Shown here: positions 1-9,580 of the stretch, one piece after another
Layout of the letters: every line of letters begins with the position of its first letter
Numbering within the stretch: the stretch's first letter is position 1
NCBI RefSeq assembly: GCF_017312365.1
Contig: NZ_BLJI01000001.1
Span: forward strand, 461,417 to 485,416
From: Chroococcus sp. FPU101
Lineage (GTDB): Bacteria > Cyanobacteriota > Cyanobacteriia > Cyanobacteriales > Microcystaceae
Direction of reading: 5' to 3'
Length of the DNA: 24,000 bases
Notes under the pieces: generated by a model
The model's database searches: none
Seen by the model: the letters and a program-made list of their open reading frames with translations, nothing else
Told to the model about the DNA's origin: nothing
Translations under genes and position numbers: made by a program

Positions 1-1686
1 CCTCTCGAAAAAACGCCGATTTGGAAAGCTATTCACGGCGAAAGTAGTACCGTAGATGATATGGAATTACACTTAAATGATCTTAGAATTCCTATCCAGG
101 CAAGCGGCACACCCATCTATGATCAAGAAGGCAATATTATTTATGGTATCGTTGCCTTTCAAGATATTTCAGAACGCAAACAAGCTCAAAAGGTTCTTTC
201 TGACTATAATCGTACTCTAGAGATCCAAATTTCCGAACGTACCGAAGCCCTTCAAGAAGCTAAAGAAGCCGCAGAAGCCGCAAATAAAGCTAAAAGTGCT
301 TTTTTAGCGCATATGAGCCATGAATTACGAACGCCTCTGAATGCTATCTTAGGTTTTGCTCAACTCATGGAACGAGAAGCCAGTTTAACGCCGCGACAAC
401 AAGAATTTCTCGCTACCATTAACCGTAGTGGTGAACATTTATTGAATTTAATCAATGATGTATTAGAAATGTCGAAAATCGAAGCAGGGCGAACTGTTGT
501 ACACCCCGTTGCTTTTGATTTACATCGACTTTTACAAACCTTACAAGAAATGTTTCAAATTCGCTCTGAAGCAAAACAACTTTATTTACAGTTTCAAAGT
601 AGTACAGATTTACCGAATTATATTATTACCGATGAAGGAAAACTGCGTCAGGTTTTGATTAATCTTTTGAGTAATGCCGTAAAATTTACTCAAAAAGGTG
701 AAATTATTTTGCGAGTGAATTGGCATCAACTAAAAAGCGACAAACAAATTAAGCTTTTATTTGAGATTGAAGATACAGGAGTTGGTATCTCAACATCAGA
801 AATCCAAAATTTATTTCAACCTTTTATCCAAACCGAAAGTGGCATTCACGCGAAAGAGGGAACAGGGTTAGGTTTAGCCATTAGTCGTCAGTTTGTACAG
901 CTAATGGGTGGCAATATTTCAATTAGAAGTAGCCTAGGTAAAGGTTCAGTTTTTGGCTTTGATATTAAAGCTAAACTCGCTGATGCTTCAATGATTATGA
1001 TTCCATCAGCCAAACGAGTCTTACAACTGGCTCCTGATCAACCACAATACCGCATTTTAATCGTTGATGATCAACAAGAAAATTGTAATTTAATTGCTCA
1101 ACTCCTCGATAGTGTCGGTTTTTTGACTGAAACTGCGTGTAATGGAGAAGAAGCAATTAGTATTTGGCAAACTTGGCAACCTGCTTTAATTTGGATGGAT
1201 ATGCGAATGCCGATTTTAAATGGATATGATGCAACGCGACGCATTCGACAATTAGAGACACAATCCCATACGGTTATTATTGCACTCACCGCCAGCACTT
1301 TTGATGAAGAACAACATCACTGTCTTGCTGTTGGTTGTGACGATTTTGTCGGTAAACCGTTTAGAGAACAAGATATTTTTGACAAAATGAGTCAATATTT
1401 AGGAGTGCGTTATCTCTATTCTGAATCAATTTTGTCTGTTGTATCTTCATCTGCTCACTGTCAACTGAAAGCTGATTCTATGACACCATCCGATTTATCT
1501 ATCATGCCGAAAATTTGGCTTAGTGAAATGAATCAGGCTGCTACTAGAGTCAATGCTAAATTATTGAATCAACTCATACAACAAATTCCAACTGAACATC
1601 AAAACTTAGCCAATGCTTTAACCGAATTAACTAGACAATTTCGCTTTGATCTCATTGTTGAGTTAACCCAGTCTAACCATGAATGA
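1..1686 (+). CDS. Hybrid sensor histidine kinase (PAS end, HisKA, HATPase_c, receiver, ~100 aa C-terminal helical extension). It is 5'-partial because the frame is open to the window edge.
   Basis: Frame 1 has no stop from nt 1, so the ATG at 61 is probably internal. Motifs seen: H-box FLAHMSHELRTPLN; N-box LLSNAVKFT; G1 DTGVGI; G2 GTGLGLAIS; receiver ILIVDD...WMDMRMP...ALTAS...GKPF. The C-terminal ~100 aa lack the Hpt HxxKG motif. Confidence 0.9.
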   Translation, partial: PLEKTPIWKAIHGESSTVDDMELHLNDLRIPIQASGTPIYDQEGNIIYGIVAFQDISERKQAQKVLSDYNRTLEIQISERTEALQEAKEAAEAANKAKSAFLAHMSHELRTPLNAILGFAQLMEREASLTPRQQEFLATINRSGEHLLNLINDVLEMSKIEAGRTVVHPVAFDLHRLLQTLQEMFQIRSEAKQLYLQFQSSTDLPNYIITDEGKLRQVLINLLSNAVKFTQKGEIILRVNWHQLKSDKQIKLLFEIEDTGVGISTSEIQNLFQPFIQTESGIHAKEGTGLGLAISRQFVQLMGGNISIRSSLGKGSVFGFDIKAKLADASMIMIPSAKRVLQLAPDQPQYRILIVDDQQENCNLIAQLLDSVGFLTETACNGEEAISIWQTWQPALIWMDMRMPILNGYDATRRIRQLETQSHTVIIALTASTFDEEQHHCLAVGCDDFVGKPFREQDIFDKMSQYLGVRYLYSESILSVVSSSAHCQLKADSMTPSDLSIMPKIWLSEMNQAATRVNAKLLNQLIQQIPTEHQNLANALTELTRQFRFDLIVELTQSNHE

Positions 1687-3172
1687 ATCTAATTTAACTA
1701 AAGGTAATATTTTAATTGTTGATGACACTCCCGATAATCTCCGCTTGCTTTCAACCATGTTAGTTGAACAAGGTTACGATGTGCGGAGTGTGATTAATGG
1801 TGCAATGGCTATTATGGGGGCTAAAGCTGAACCACCCGACTTGATTTTACTAGATATTAATATGCCGCAAATGAACGGATATGAAGTCTGTCAGCGTTTG
1901 AAAGCAGATAATGAGACCCAAGAAATACCCATTATTTTTATTAGTGCTTTAGAAGATGTTTTTGATAAGTTACAAGCTTTTTCAGTGGGTGGAGTTGATT
2001 ATATTACTAAACCGTTTCAAGTTGAAGAAGTTTTAGCCAGGATTGAAACTCATTTAACGATTTGTCGGCTACAAAATCAATTAAAACATCAAAATCTACA
2101 ATTAAAATTAGAAATTGAACAACGCACACAAGCTGAAGAAAAGTTTGCTAAAATTTTTCGATCTAGTCCGAATCCAATTGCTATTGTCAGTTTCAATAAT
2201 CATCAATTTTTAGATGTTAATCCGAGTTTTTTAAAATTAAGTGGTTTTACGTTAGATGAAGTACTAGGACATACCACTTATGAACTTTGGTCAGGGAAAG
2301 ATAAAGAAGCGATCTCAATAACGATTCAAGAGTTACCACAAACGGGTATTATTTACAATAAAGAATTTGAACTACGAACTAAAACAGGTGAATTGAAAAT
2401 TGTTTTATTTTCTTTAGAATTAATTGAACTTTCGGAACAAGTTTGTGCTTTACTGATCGCCAATGATATAACAGAACGGAAACGCTTAGAAAATGAATTT
2501 ATCTCTTTAGTGAGTCATGAATTAAGAACACCGTTAACCTCTTTAATGGGTTCATTAGACCTTTTAGAATCAGGACAATTAGGTAAACTTGAGCCATCGG
2601 GACAAAAACTTTTAAATATTGCTATTACCAATACGGAAAGATTAATTAGACTTATTAATAATATTTTGAATCTAGAACGGATGAAATCGGGAAAAATTAG
2701 TATAGAAAAAACACAATGTATGGCAGCAGAATTGATGAAACAAGCCATAGAAACAATGCAAACAATGGCAGAGCAATCACAGATTCAACTTATCAGCCAG
2801 CCCCTTGATCTAGTCATTTATGCTGATAGCGATCACTTGTTACAAACCTTTACGAACTTACTTAATAATGCAATTAAATTTTCCCAACCTGATACTAAAA
2901 TTTGGTTTAGTGCAGTTACCAATGAACAACATATTTTATTCCAAATAAAAGATCAAGGACGAGGCATCCCTAAAGATAAACTAGAACTAATCTTTGAACG
3001 ATTTCAACAAGTGGATGCGTCTGACTCACGGACTAAAGGAGGAACAGGACTAGGTTTAGCCATCTGTCGTCAAATTGTCGAACAACACAAGGGAAAAATC
3101 TGGGTAGAAAGTGTCTTGGGTGAAGGTAGTCAATTTTTTGTGCAATTGCCGTTAGAAATAGATTCTAAATAA
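1679..3172 (+). CDS. Receiver-first hybrid histidine kinase (REC, coiled coil, PAS, HisKA, HATPase_c)
   Basis: Motifs seen: ILIVDDTPDN...LLDINMPQMNGYE...KPF receiver; PAS-like segment; H-box LVSHELRTPL; N-box LLNNAIKFS; DQGRGI; GTGLGLAI. The start ATG overlaps the upstream stop by 8 nt (ATGAATGA). Confidence 0.9.
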   Translation: MNESNLTKGNILIVDDTPDNLRLLSTMLVEQGYDVRSVINGAMAIMGAKAEPPDLILLDINMPQMNGYEVCQRLKADNETQEIPIIFISALEDVFDKLQAFSVGGVDYITKPFQVEEVLARIETHLTICRLQNQLKHQNLQLKLEIEQRTQAEEKFAKIFRSSPNPIAIVSFNNHQFLDVNPSFLKLSGFTLDEVLGHTTYELWSGKDKEAISITIQELPQTGIIYNKEFELRTKTGELKIVLFSLELIELSEQVCALLIANDITERKRLENEFISLVSHELRTPLTSLMGSLDLLESGQLGKLEPSGQKLLNIAITNTERLIRLINNILNLERMKSGKISIEKTQCMAAELMKQAIETMQTMAEQSQIQLISQPLDLVIYADSDHLLQTFTNLLNNAIKFSQPDTKIWFSAVTNEQHILFQIKDQGRGIPKDKLELIFERFQQVDASDSRTKGGTGLGLAICRQIVEQHKGKIWVESVLGEGSQFFVQLPLEIDSK

Positions 3173-3195
3173 TCAGTCGAAAATGTTAGTTTTGT

Positions 3196-4308
3196 GTGCC
3201 TAATGGGAATTCTAAACTCGAAGCCATAGATATCAGGCATAAGGATAGGAAACTCACTATGGATAAATCACCCGAAACAGTCATTAACAACTCTAATGCT
3301 CTACCTTGGTGGAAACTTCCGATTTGGGGTGAGGAAAGTATTATCGAATATATACTCAGTCGTGGTAAGTCTCCCATTGCTGAAACAGCCATCATGTTAC
3401 ACAGTCGGGAAATGATGGATGCTCATTTTTTTGCTAAAACAGCCGAGAGCATTGATAGTGAGAAATTTACAAGCCAAGAATTTATTCTGTTTCTCAAGAT
3501 TAAATACTGTTTAGCTAAAGGAATAGAAGAATATGAAGGACTTGCAGATAGTGTAAAACTCTTACAAGCCGCTATTGAAGCCAAAAATAGTTTTATTACC
3601 CTCGACCAAACTGAATTACGTTATCGTAGTTCCAAACAGCAGGAATTTTATCAGTTTGTTGAAAAGTTATTAACGAATCATGAAGATAAAGAAAACTTTA
3701 AAACTCAAATTCAAGAAAAGTTAAACGAAGTTTTGCCATCTGTGAAAACAGAAGAAGGAAAAGTAGCACTCCAAGGTTACGTCAAAGAACTAGATAAACT
3801 ATCGGAGTATGAACTAGGATTAAAACTACTCGCTTTGTTTAAAACCTATCAACTAGCAGATTATTCAATTCTTAGAACGGTTGCTGATATGGTTAGTACC
3901 TTACGCGAAAAAGAAGCGATTGATTTTAAGGGTTTAATTGCATTAGTAACCAGTAAATATGAAGTCTTTGAAAAACTGAGAAACATTATCGGAGTTTCCG
4001 AAAAACGAAGCAATCCTGATACTTATGCGCGCATGATTCAGTACATCACCCTTGGCTCTCGACATAAAGCATCATACGCTAAATTTGATGAACTGCTTCA
4101 AGTATTAAGAAAATGGATCAAGCCTTATTTTGCAATTAGTGCAATTCGTGGAGAAAATCCCCCCGATAAATATCGTCAACCCAAAGCATTTCGAGAACCA
4201 ATTCCAGGTGAAAGTACTTACCAAAAATATAAGAAATCATTAACTGACCCAAAAACGGGGCGTATCTATCTTGATTTGGATGAGGAAACGGTTTCAGAAA
4301 AAGCATAA
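3196..4308 (+). CDS. Hypothetical, mostly helical protein with no recognised domain
   Basis: Long ORF, same strand and close to the kinase pair. The longest form starts at GTG 3196. An alternative ATG at 3259 (MDKSPE...) has AGGA about 10 nt upstream and may be the true start. Confidence 0.6.
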   Translation: MPNGNSKLEAIDIRHKDRKLTMDKSPETVINNSNALPWWKLPIWGEESIIEYILSRGKSPIAETAIMLHSREMMDAHFFAKTAESIDSEKFTSQEFILFLKIKYCLAKGIEEYEGLADSVKLLQAAIEAKNSFITLDQTELRYRSSKQQEFYQFVEKLLTNHEDKENFKTQIQEKLNEVLPSVKTEEGKVALQGYVKELDKLSEYELGLKLLALFKTYQLADYSILRTVADMVSTLREKEAIDFKGLIALVTSKYEVFEKLRNIIGVSEKRSNPDTYARMIQYITLGSRHKASYAKFDELLQVLRKWIKPYFAISAIRGENPPDKYRQPKAFREPIPGESTYQKYKKSLTDPKTGRIYLDLDEETVSEKA

Positions 4309-4375
4309 AAAAAATTACTGCTGCTTTCGGCTACAATGCTTTTATAGGTAAATCATCACCTTCAGCATTTTAAGA

Positions 4376-4942
4376 ATGGCAGTACAGCAAGTAACCCAAG
4401 ATAACTTAGTCCTTCGTCAAGAGGTCATCGGTTCTCGTCGTTTTAGTAATTATTGGTGGGCGACCATTGTATCTCTCGGTGGCCTTGGCTTTTTGCTATC
4501 GGGACTTTCTAGCTACTTGAAGGTTAATTTACTTCTCGTTAGCAATACGACAAGTCTACAATTTATTCCCCAAGGCGTGGCACTCCTATTTTATGGAGTA
4601 GCAGGTACTCTACTGGCCTCCTATTTGTGGTTGTGTATTTACTGGAACCTTGGAGGGGGCTACAACGAGTTTAATAAAAAAACGGGTACCATTAAAATTT
4701 TTCGTTGGGGTTTTCCTGGGAAAAATCGTCGGATCGATTTAGATTACAAGATAGAAGATGTCCAAGCGGTTCGTGCCGAAATTAAGGAAGGAATTAACCC
4801 AAAACGAGAACTTTATCTCAGAGTTAAACCTCGTCGAGATATTCCTTTAACCCGTGTCGGACAACCTCTATCTCTCTCGAAACTGGAAAATCTCGGTGCA
4901 GAACTAGCTCGATTTCTAGAAACTCCTTTAGAAGGTTTGTAA
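4376..4942 (+). CDS. ycf4: Photosystem I assembly protein Ycf4
   Basis: 188 aa. The signature [16 protein letters not shown] followed by two TM helices matches remembered cyanobacterial/plastid Ycf4. Confidence 0.93.
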   Translation: MAVQQVTQDNLVLRQEVIGSRRFSNYWWATIVSLGGLGFLLSGLSSYLKVNLLLVSNTTSLQFIPQGVALLFYGVAGTLLASYLWLCIYWNLGGGYNEFNKKTGTIKIFRWGFPGKNRRIDLDYKIEDVQAVRAEIKEGINPKRELYLRVKPRRDIPLTRVGQPLSLSKLENLGAELARFLETPLEGL

Positions 4943-4961
4943 ATCTTTACAAAAAGCAATC

Positions 4962-5699
4962 ATGGGTAAATCGCTCCAATATTGGTTTAGTTTTTTGCTG
5001 TGTTTTTTGGTTTTAAATACTGTATTACTTACAGGTTGTTCATCAAATGATACAGGTACCAACACCAGCAATGCAACACCAACTGAAACCACCACTTTAG
5101 CTCAAGCAAATAATTTAAGTATGGATAATTATGTACCTCGTCTTGACGGCACTGCTGTAGTCGAGATGACAATTAAAGGTTCTCCCGTTCTCATCGAAGT
5201 GGATGGGAACAACGCCCCCGTCACAGCAGGAAATTTCGTTGATTTAGTGCAACGGGGTGTTTATAATGGGCTGGTCTTTCATCGCGTTGTTAAAGATCCT
5301 GAACCCTTTGTCGCGCAAGGGGGTGATCCTAGAGGTAATGGAACAGGTGGTTTTATTGATCCCACGACTAAAAGAGAACGTCAGATCCCTTTAGAGATTA
5401 AACTTAAGGGTCAAGAGCAACCTACATATGGCAAAGGACTTGGACGACAAGCGGGTGTTTCTGCCCCTTCTGTTGTCTTGGAACATAAACGGGGTGCGCT
5501 TGCAATGGCACGTTCTCAGATGCCGAATTCCGCGTCCTCTCAGTTCTATTTTGCTCTATCGGATCTAGAATTTCTTGATGGTGACTATGCCGTTTTTGGT
5601 CATGTTACTAAAGGAATGGAAGTCGTTGATCAGATTAAGCAAGGCGATAAAATTGATTCAGCTAAAGTAATTTCAGGTTCCGAAAACCTGAAAAAATAA
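4962..5699 (+). CDS. Cyclophilin-type peptidyl-prolyl cis-trans isomerase, probable lipoprotein
   Basis: Signal peptide with lipobox LLTGC. Cyclophilin motifs seen: FHRVV, QGGDP, GNGTGG, SQFYFAL, VFGHV. Confidence 0.9.
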   Translation: MGKSLQYWFSFLLCFLVLNTVLLTGCSSNDTGTNTSNATPTETTTLAQANNLSMDNYVPRLDGTAVVEMTIKGSPVLIEVDGNNAPVTAGNFVDLVQRGVYNGLVFHRVVKDPEPFVAQGGDPRGNGTGGFIDPTTKRERQIPLEIKLKGQEQPTYGKGLGRQAGVSAPSVVLEHKRGALAMARSQMPNSASSQFYFALSDLEFLDGDYAVFGHVTKGMEVVDQIKQGDKIDSAKVISGSENLKK

Positions 5700-5715
5700 T
5701 TGGATTATCGCGTCT

Positions 5716-6183
5716 TTACAAAAATTGCCACTCAGCAAAAGTCGCCGCTTGTCCTAGATAAATCCCGTGAGCGTTCGTAATATTCCAAACGATCGCATTT
5801 TCAATTTTAAAAAGTCTTCCTGTGCTAGTAATTCGGATACCTTGATAATGATCGATGTATCCTTTTTTTTTAGCGGTATCAAGCATTTTGGCTCGTTCTG
5901 CCTCAGAAATCGTATCTTTTACTGTTTTTCTAGAAGGCGTTTTTAGTAAATCTAAGAAACTGATTTCCCAGAGATTGAGTGCTGTTTGATTACCATAATT
6001 AAATATGGGGTCACTTTTAGTATCATGAGAAACAACAACAAAGGGAGCTAAAAAAAGACTTTTTGCTTGTTCTTCTAAATCACTTTTTCGTTCAATTAAA
6101 GCTCGATTTAGTCTATTCTCATAGCTATTTAGTAAATTCTGTGTCCAAATTATAACTTCTGAATTTTGCCAAATTTTGCTCAT
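5716..6183 (-). CDS. Stand-alone MEKHLA (PAS-like) domain protein
   Basis: APFVVVSHDTKSDPIFNYGNQTALNLWE...GYIDHYQGIRITSTGRLFKIENAIVWN matches the remembered MEKHLA consensus. Confidence 0.8.
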   Translation of the reverse strand: MSKIWQNSEVIIWTQNLLNSYENRLNRALIERKSDLEEQAKSLFLAPFVVVSHDTKSDPIFNYGNQTALNLWEISFLDLLKTPSRKTVKDTISEAERAKMLDTAKKKGYIDHYQGIRITSTGRLFKIENAIVWNITNAHGIYLGQAATFAEWQFL

Positions 6184-6196
6184 GATGAATGACTAA

Positions 6197-6664
6197 CTAC
6201 CAACGTTTGACAGCGCGTTGCATTTCTCGTTGATCCTGACGACGCTTTAAGTCTTCTCGTTTGTCGTGTAGTTTTTTCCCTTTACCCAGTCCAATACTCA
6301 CTTTTACCCAACTTCCCTTAAAATACATCTTGAGGGGGACGAGGGTTAAGCCTTTTTGTTCAACTTGACCGATTAGTTTATTAATTTCTTTGCGGTTCAT
6401 CAACAATTTTCGACTGCGACGCGGGTCATGATTGAAGTATTCACTACTCGCATCATAGGGTGAGATATGAACATTAATTAACCACGCTTCCCCATTGCGT
6501 AACAAAGCATATCCATCGCGTAAATTGACTTTTCCCGCACGAATAGACTTGACTTCAGTTCCCACCAGTTGCACTCCTGCCTCAAATGTCTCTAAAATCT
6601 CATAGAGAAAACGTGCTTGGCGGTTGTCACTAATAATTTTGATTTTATCGTCTTGATTTGCCAT
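6197..6664 (-). CDS. smpB: SsrA-binding protein SmpB
   Basis: 155 aa. Typical SmpB sequence seen: NRQARFLYEI...EAG..L.GTEVKS.R...NL.D.YA...GE.WL.N.HI.PY. Confidence 0.95.
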   Translation of the reverse strand: MANQDDKIKIISDNRQARFLYEILETFEAGVQLVGTEVKSIRAGKVNLRDGYALLRNGEAWLINVHISPYDASSEYFNHDPRRSRKLLMNRKEINKLIGQVEQKGLTLVPLKMYFKGSWVKVSIGLGKGKKLHDKREDLKRRQDQREMQRAVKRW

Positions 6665-6688
6665 ATTGATCTAGGATAACACCTGTTT

Positions 6689-8107
6689 TCATCTTGCGCT
6701 TTGCCAAGTTCCATGAAATCCAGGGGGAATGACACTAGGAAGTCCTAAACGACAAATTGGATCATTTTCTAAGTGTTCGCTATTATAAATTTGAACTTCG
6801 CTACGATGCTCATTCCCATCATAGACAACGGTGATTATCCATCCTTGTTCATCGTGAGAAACAAAAATTGGTTCACTTGCGTAATAATTTTTTTCTAGAT
6901 TAGCAACGGATAACGTTTGTGTCTTGTGGTCAAATTTGGCGGGAATTCCTAAAATTTCTCCTCGGTTGTCTACATCTTTAGAATAAACCAGTAAATAAGT
7001 CACTTGATGTTGTTTTCCCACTTGGTATGATGGAATAATTGGAAATTCGCAACCTTGTTCACTCAGCACATTTGTATCAATTAGTTTGCCTGTTTTTGGA
7101 TTGAGACGAATTTGGGTTAATTTCCCCTCTGCAAGGGTATGAGTTTCTCCTGTGACAACTTCTTTAAGAAATTGGTTGGTTAGAAAATCTTGATAGCGAA
7201 CACATTCAACAACAATCGTACCGTCATTCTCGACATATCCGTTTGTAAAATGCCACTGAAACCAAGAATCAATGGTATTTTGAGTAATTAAATTGAGAGT
7301 TTGACGGTCAAAAATTAATACTTGTGTTCCTAAGTCGGGTTTCCATTCAAACGCATCACCGACACTCTTTAAACCCGATAAAGCAAAAAACAGATTCACT
7401 CTCAAGGGTGAAATAAAAAAGATGATATACTCTCCCGCAATGACAAAATCATGAATTAGCGGTAAACCTTGTAGGGTTGTTGAGCGTTGTTGTAGAATTT
7501 TTCCATGACGATCACAGCGATATAATTTAAGTTGGGTATCTTTTCCCGCAACGACACCAAAATTATAGATTTCTCCAGTTAGAGGATCAATTTTTGGATG
7601 TGCAGAAAACGCATCCCCTGTTGTGAGTCCCCCTAAATCATCGGTTCCAAAAGTTTCGAGGGTTTGCAAGTCTAAAGCATGAGGGTATCCCCCTTCCCAC
7701 AAAGCGAGAAGTCGATCGGAAAACGCTAATACTGATGTATTGGCACAATTTTTATACGTTTTTCCCCAACTTTTCCAAAAAGCACCTGGTACCGTCATTC
7801 CATAATTTGGATAAATATATTGATTTGCTTTAGTTTCTTCTTGATATCCTTCGGTTTGGACGTAGCGATAAACCGCAGAGGCACCATCGTTGGTAAAATG
7901 AACTCCTAAAATCGCACCATCACCATCAAACCAATGACCGACTCTTGTTCCCCCTCGTTCTAGTCTACCAGGGCCATTGCGGTAAAGTGTTCCTCTAAAT
8001 GATTCTGGAATAGTACCCGAAAGAATGGGTAAAGGAGTTAAAGGGAATTCTTCTGCAGTGGTAGAAATCGCTTTTGACCAAGATTTCGGCGATGATGTTT
8101 TAATCAT
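6689..8107 (-). CDS. Carotenoid cleavage oxygenase (RPE65/apocarotenoid oxygenase family)
   Basis: 472 aa. All four iron-ligand His contexts are present: SAHPKIDP, LIHDFV, QWHFTNG, GFHGTW. Confidence 0.9.
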   Translation of the reverse strand: MIKTSSPKSWSKAISTTAEEFPLTPLPILSGTIPESFRGTLYRNGPGRLERGGTRVGHWFDGDGAILGVHFTNDGASAVYRYVQTEGYQEETKANQYIYPNYGMTVPGAFWKSWGKTYKNCANTSVLAFSDRLLALWEGGYPHALDLQTLETFGTDDLGGLTTGDAFSAHPKIDPLTGEIYNFGVVAGKDTQLKLYRCDRHGKILQQRSTTLQGLPLIHDFVIAGEYIIFFISPLRVNLFFALSGLKSVGDAFEWKPDLGTQVLIFDRQTLNLITQNTIDSWFQWHFTNGYVENDGTIVVECVRYQDFLTNQFLKEVVTGETHTLAEGKLTQIRLNPKTGKLIDTNVLSEQGCEFPIIPSYQVGKQHQVTYLLVYSKDVDNRGEILGIPAKFDHKTQTLSVANLEKNYYASEPIFVSHDEQGWIITVVYDGNEHRSEVQIYNSEHLENDPICRLGLPSVIPPGFHGTWQSAR

Positions 8108-8110
8108 AAT

Positions 8111-8620
8111 TTATTCTTTTATTTCTGCACCAGGAAGCCATAATAAATCAGTAACACCTGGTTCATAACCGACTTGCTTAATCAAAGTCGTCACTTGTCC
8201 ACGATGATGAGTTTGATGATTGAAAAAGTGTAGAACCAAATGCCCTAAAAGATAAGTGTGATCTTTTTTTCTCACAATACTATGATAACGAAACGGTTGG
8301 GCGAGTTGGTGTTCTGTAAGATTATTAATCCAGTTTTCTATATCTTGATCAGTTTTTTGTCGTTCTTGCCAAAGTGTTACAAAGTCTGAGTATAATTCTT
8401 GCTCAAGAGAGTTGACTTTAAACAAATTATTTTTAAAGCGTCCTAACCAAATGCGATCGGCAAGTAAAATATGATTTAGGGTACCGTGAATGGATTTAAA
8501 AAACGCGCCTTTGTCTTCTTTACGAACCGCATCTGGAATATTTTGACAAATGCTGTAGATTTTCTCATTCATCCAGCAATTATAGGAACAAAGCGTTTTT
8601 ATATAGTCTAATCCTTGCAT
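8111..8620 (-). CDS. DinB-family (four-helix, metal-binding) protein
   Basis: DinB-like His pattern seen: HGTLNHIL...HLVLHFFNHQTHHRGQ. The longest ORF starts at TTG 8626, but the ATG at 8620 (MQGLDY...) is more likely. Its start lies 26 nt downstream of the Asp-hydroxylase-like gene, and its stop is 3 nt from the start of the next gene in the operon, the carotenoid oxygenase. Confidence 0.8.
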   Translation of the reverse strand: MQGLDYIKTLCSYNCWMNEKIYSICQNIPDAVRKEDKGAFFKSIHGTLNHILLADRIWLGRFKNNLFKVNSLEQELYSDFVTLWQERQKTDQDIENWINNLTEHQLAQPFRYHSIVRKKDHTYLLGHLVLHFFNHQTHHRGQVTTLIKQVGYEPGVTDLLWLPGAEIKE

Positions 8621-8646
8621 TTTCAAGCCTTTTTCGGCAGTTAACT

Positions 8647-9210
8647 CTATTTTGGTGTTAATTTTTTAAAGATCTTTTGCAACAAGTTAGCATCATCAGG
8701 CGATTTTTGAGCCACCTCAATTACTTCTAGAGGATATTGGAAATCGAGTAATAAAACAACCCTTTTTTCTGGGCCACGATGCCAAACTTCATGTTCTGTT
8801 GTATCATCAAAAACCAAACATTTTCCTTCTTGCCAATTCCGAGTTTCTTCTCCAACTCGAATTCCACAGCCAACGCATCCCATTAAACCTAAATGACAAC
8901 GTAGCACACCTTCAGGATAACCCGAATGAGGTGCGATATAAGTATTCGGTTGCAATGAAGAAAAACCAGCAGTTATCATCCCTAGAATGCTTTCTACCAG
9001 TCGCGTTGTCTCAGGACACAGTTGACAGTTTTTATGAAGTTTCATGTTATAGGCATATAAACCAAAAACGTCCCAACCTTTACCATATAAATGTTTTTCT
9101 GGCCAGGGTAAAAAGTCATTTTGCTGAAGTTGTTCTAATTCTCGTCGAACAATTTGCCAGTTATCCTCTAATGTTTTGATAAAAGGAAATTCATCTGTAT
9201 TTTTAAACAT
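8647..9210 (-). CDS. Aspartyl/asparaginyl beta-hydroxylase-family 2OG/Fe(II) oxygenase
   Basis: IAPHSGYPEGVLRCHLGL and FDDTTEHEVWH match the Asp_Arg_Hydrox family pattern. Confidence 0.8.
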   Translation of the reverse strand: MFKNTDEFPFIKTLEDNWQIVRRELEQLQQNDFLPWPEKHLYGKGWDVFGLYAYNMKLHKNCQLCPETTRLVESILGMITAGFSSLQPNTYIAPHSGYPEGVLRCHLGLMGCVGCGIRVGEETRNWQEGKCLVFDDTTEHEVWHRGPEKRVVLLLDFQYPLEVIEVAQKSPDDANLLQKIFKKLTPK

Positions 9211-9231
9211 CTTACACCCCTGTCAAATCAG

Positions 9232-9471
9232 CTACTTATTAAGTTTTTTTAATCTTCTTTTGTGTTGTTTTTGTCGCCAAGCACGCTGTATCAAAATTAA
9301 GGCAGTTGTCGTCAAAGTGCTGACAATTTCCTTTATTCCTCCCATCCGCTTTAAATTCTGCCAGCTAAAGACGAGCCATTGCCAAGATCTTTTAATCTCT
9401 CTTTTTAAAGTTTTCTTTTCTTTAGGGGGATAGGATACTGTAAAAGGTGAGTTAGGTTCTGGGTTAATCAT
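9232..9471 (-). CDS. Doubtful small basic ORF (79 aa from the internal ATG)
   Basis: This is the only ORF filling the 370 nt gap between the ExbD-like gene and the hydroxylase gene. It has a very basic C-terminus (RAWRQKQHKRRLKKLNK). There is no SD and no recognisable family. The longer 9232..9660 form overlaps the ExbD-like gene and is unlikely. Confidence 0.25.
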   Translation of the reverse strand: MINPEPNSPFTVSYPPKEKKTLKREIKRSWQWLVFSWQNLKRMGGIKEIVSTLTTTALILIQRAWRQKQHKRRLKKLNK

Positions 9472-9580
9472 TGAACTTATACTGTTTTTGACACTCCTGT
9501 ATATAATACTATTTACCCTAAAAGTCATTAAAAATAAAGAGGTTAGTTCAATTAGTATTGACCCATGCTGTGCTAAAAGT

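Noticed and set aside
8799-9433. Plus-strand ORFs 8799..9179 and 9176..9433
   Set aside because: They are antisense shadows of the Asp-hydroxylase-like gene and the adjacent spacer. They are Cys/Phe/Leu-rich and implausible, with no start context.
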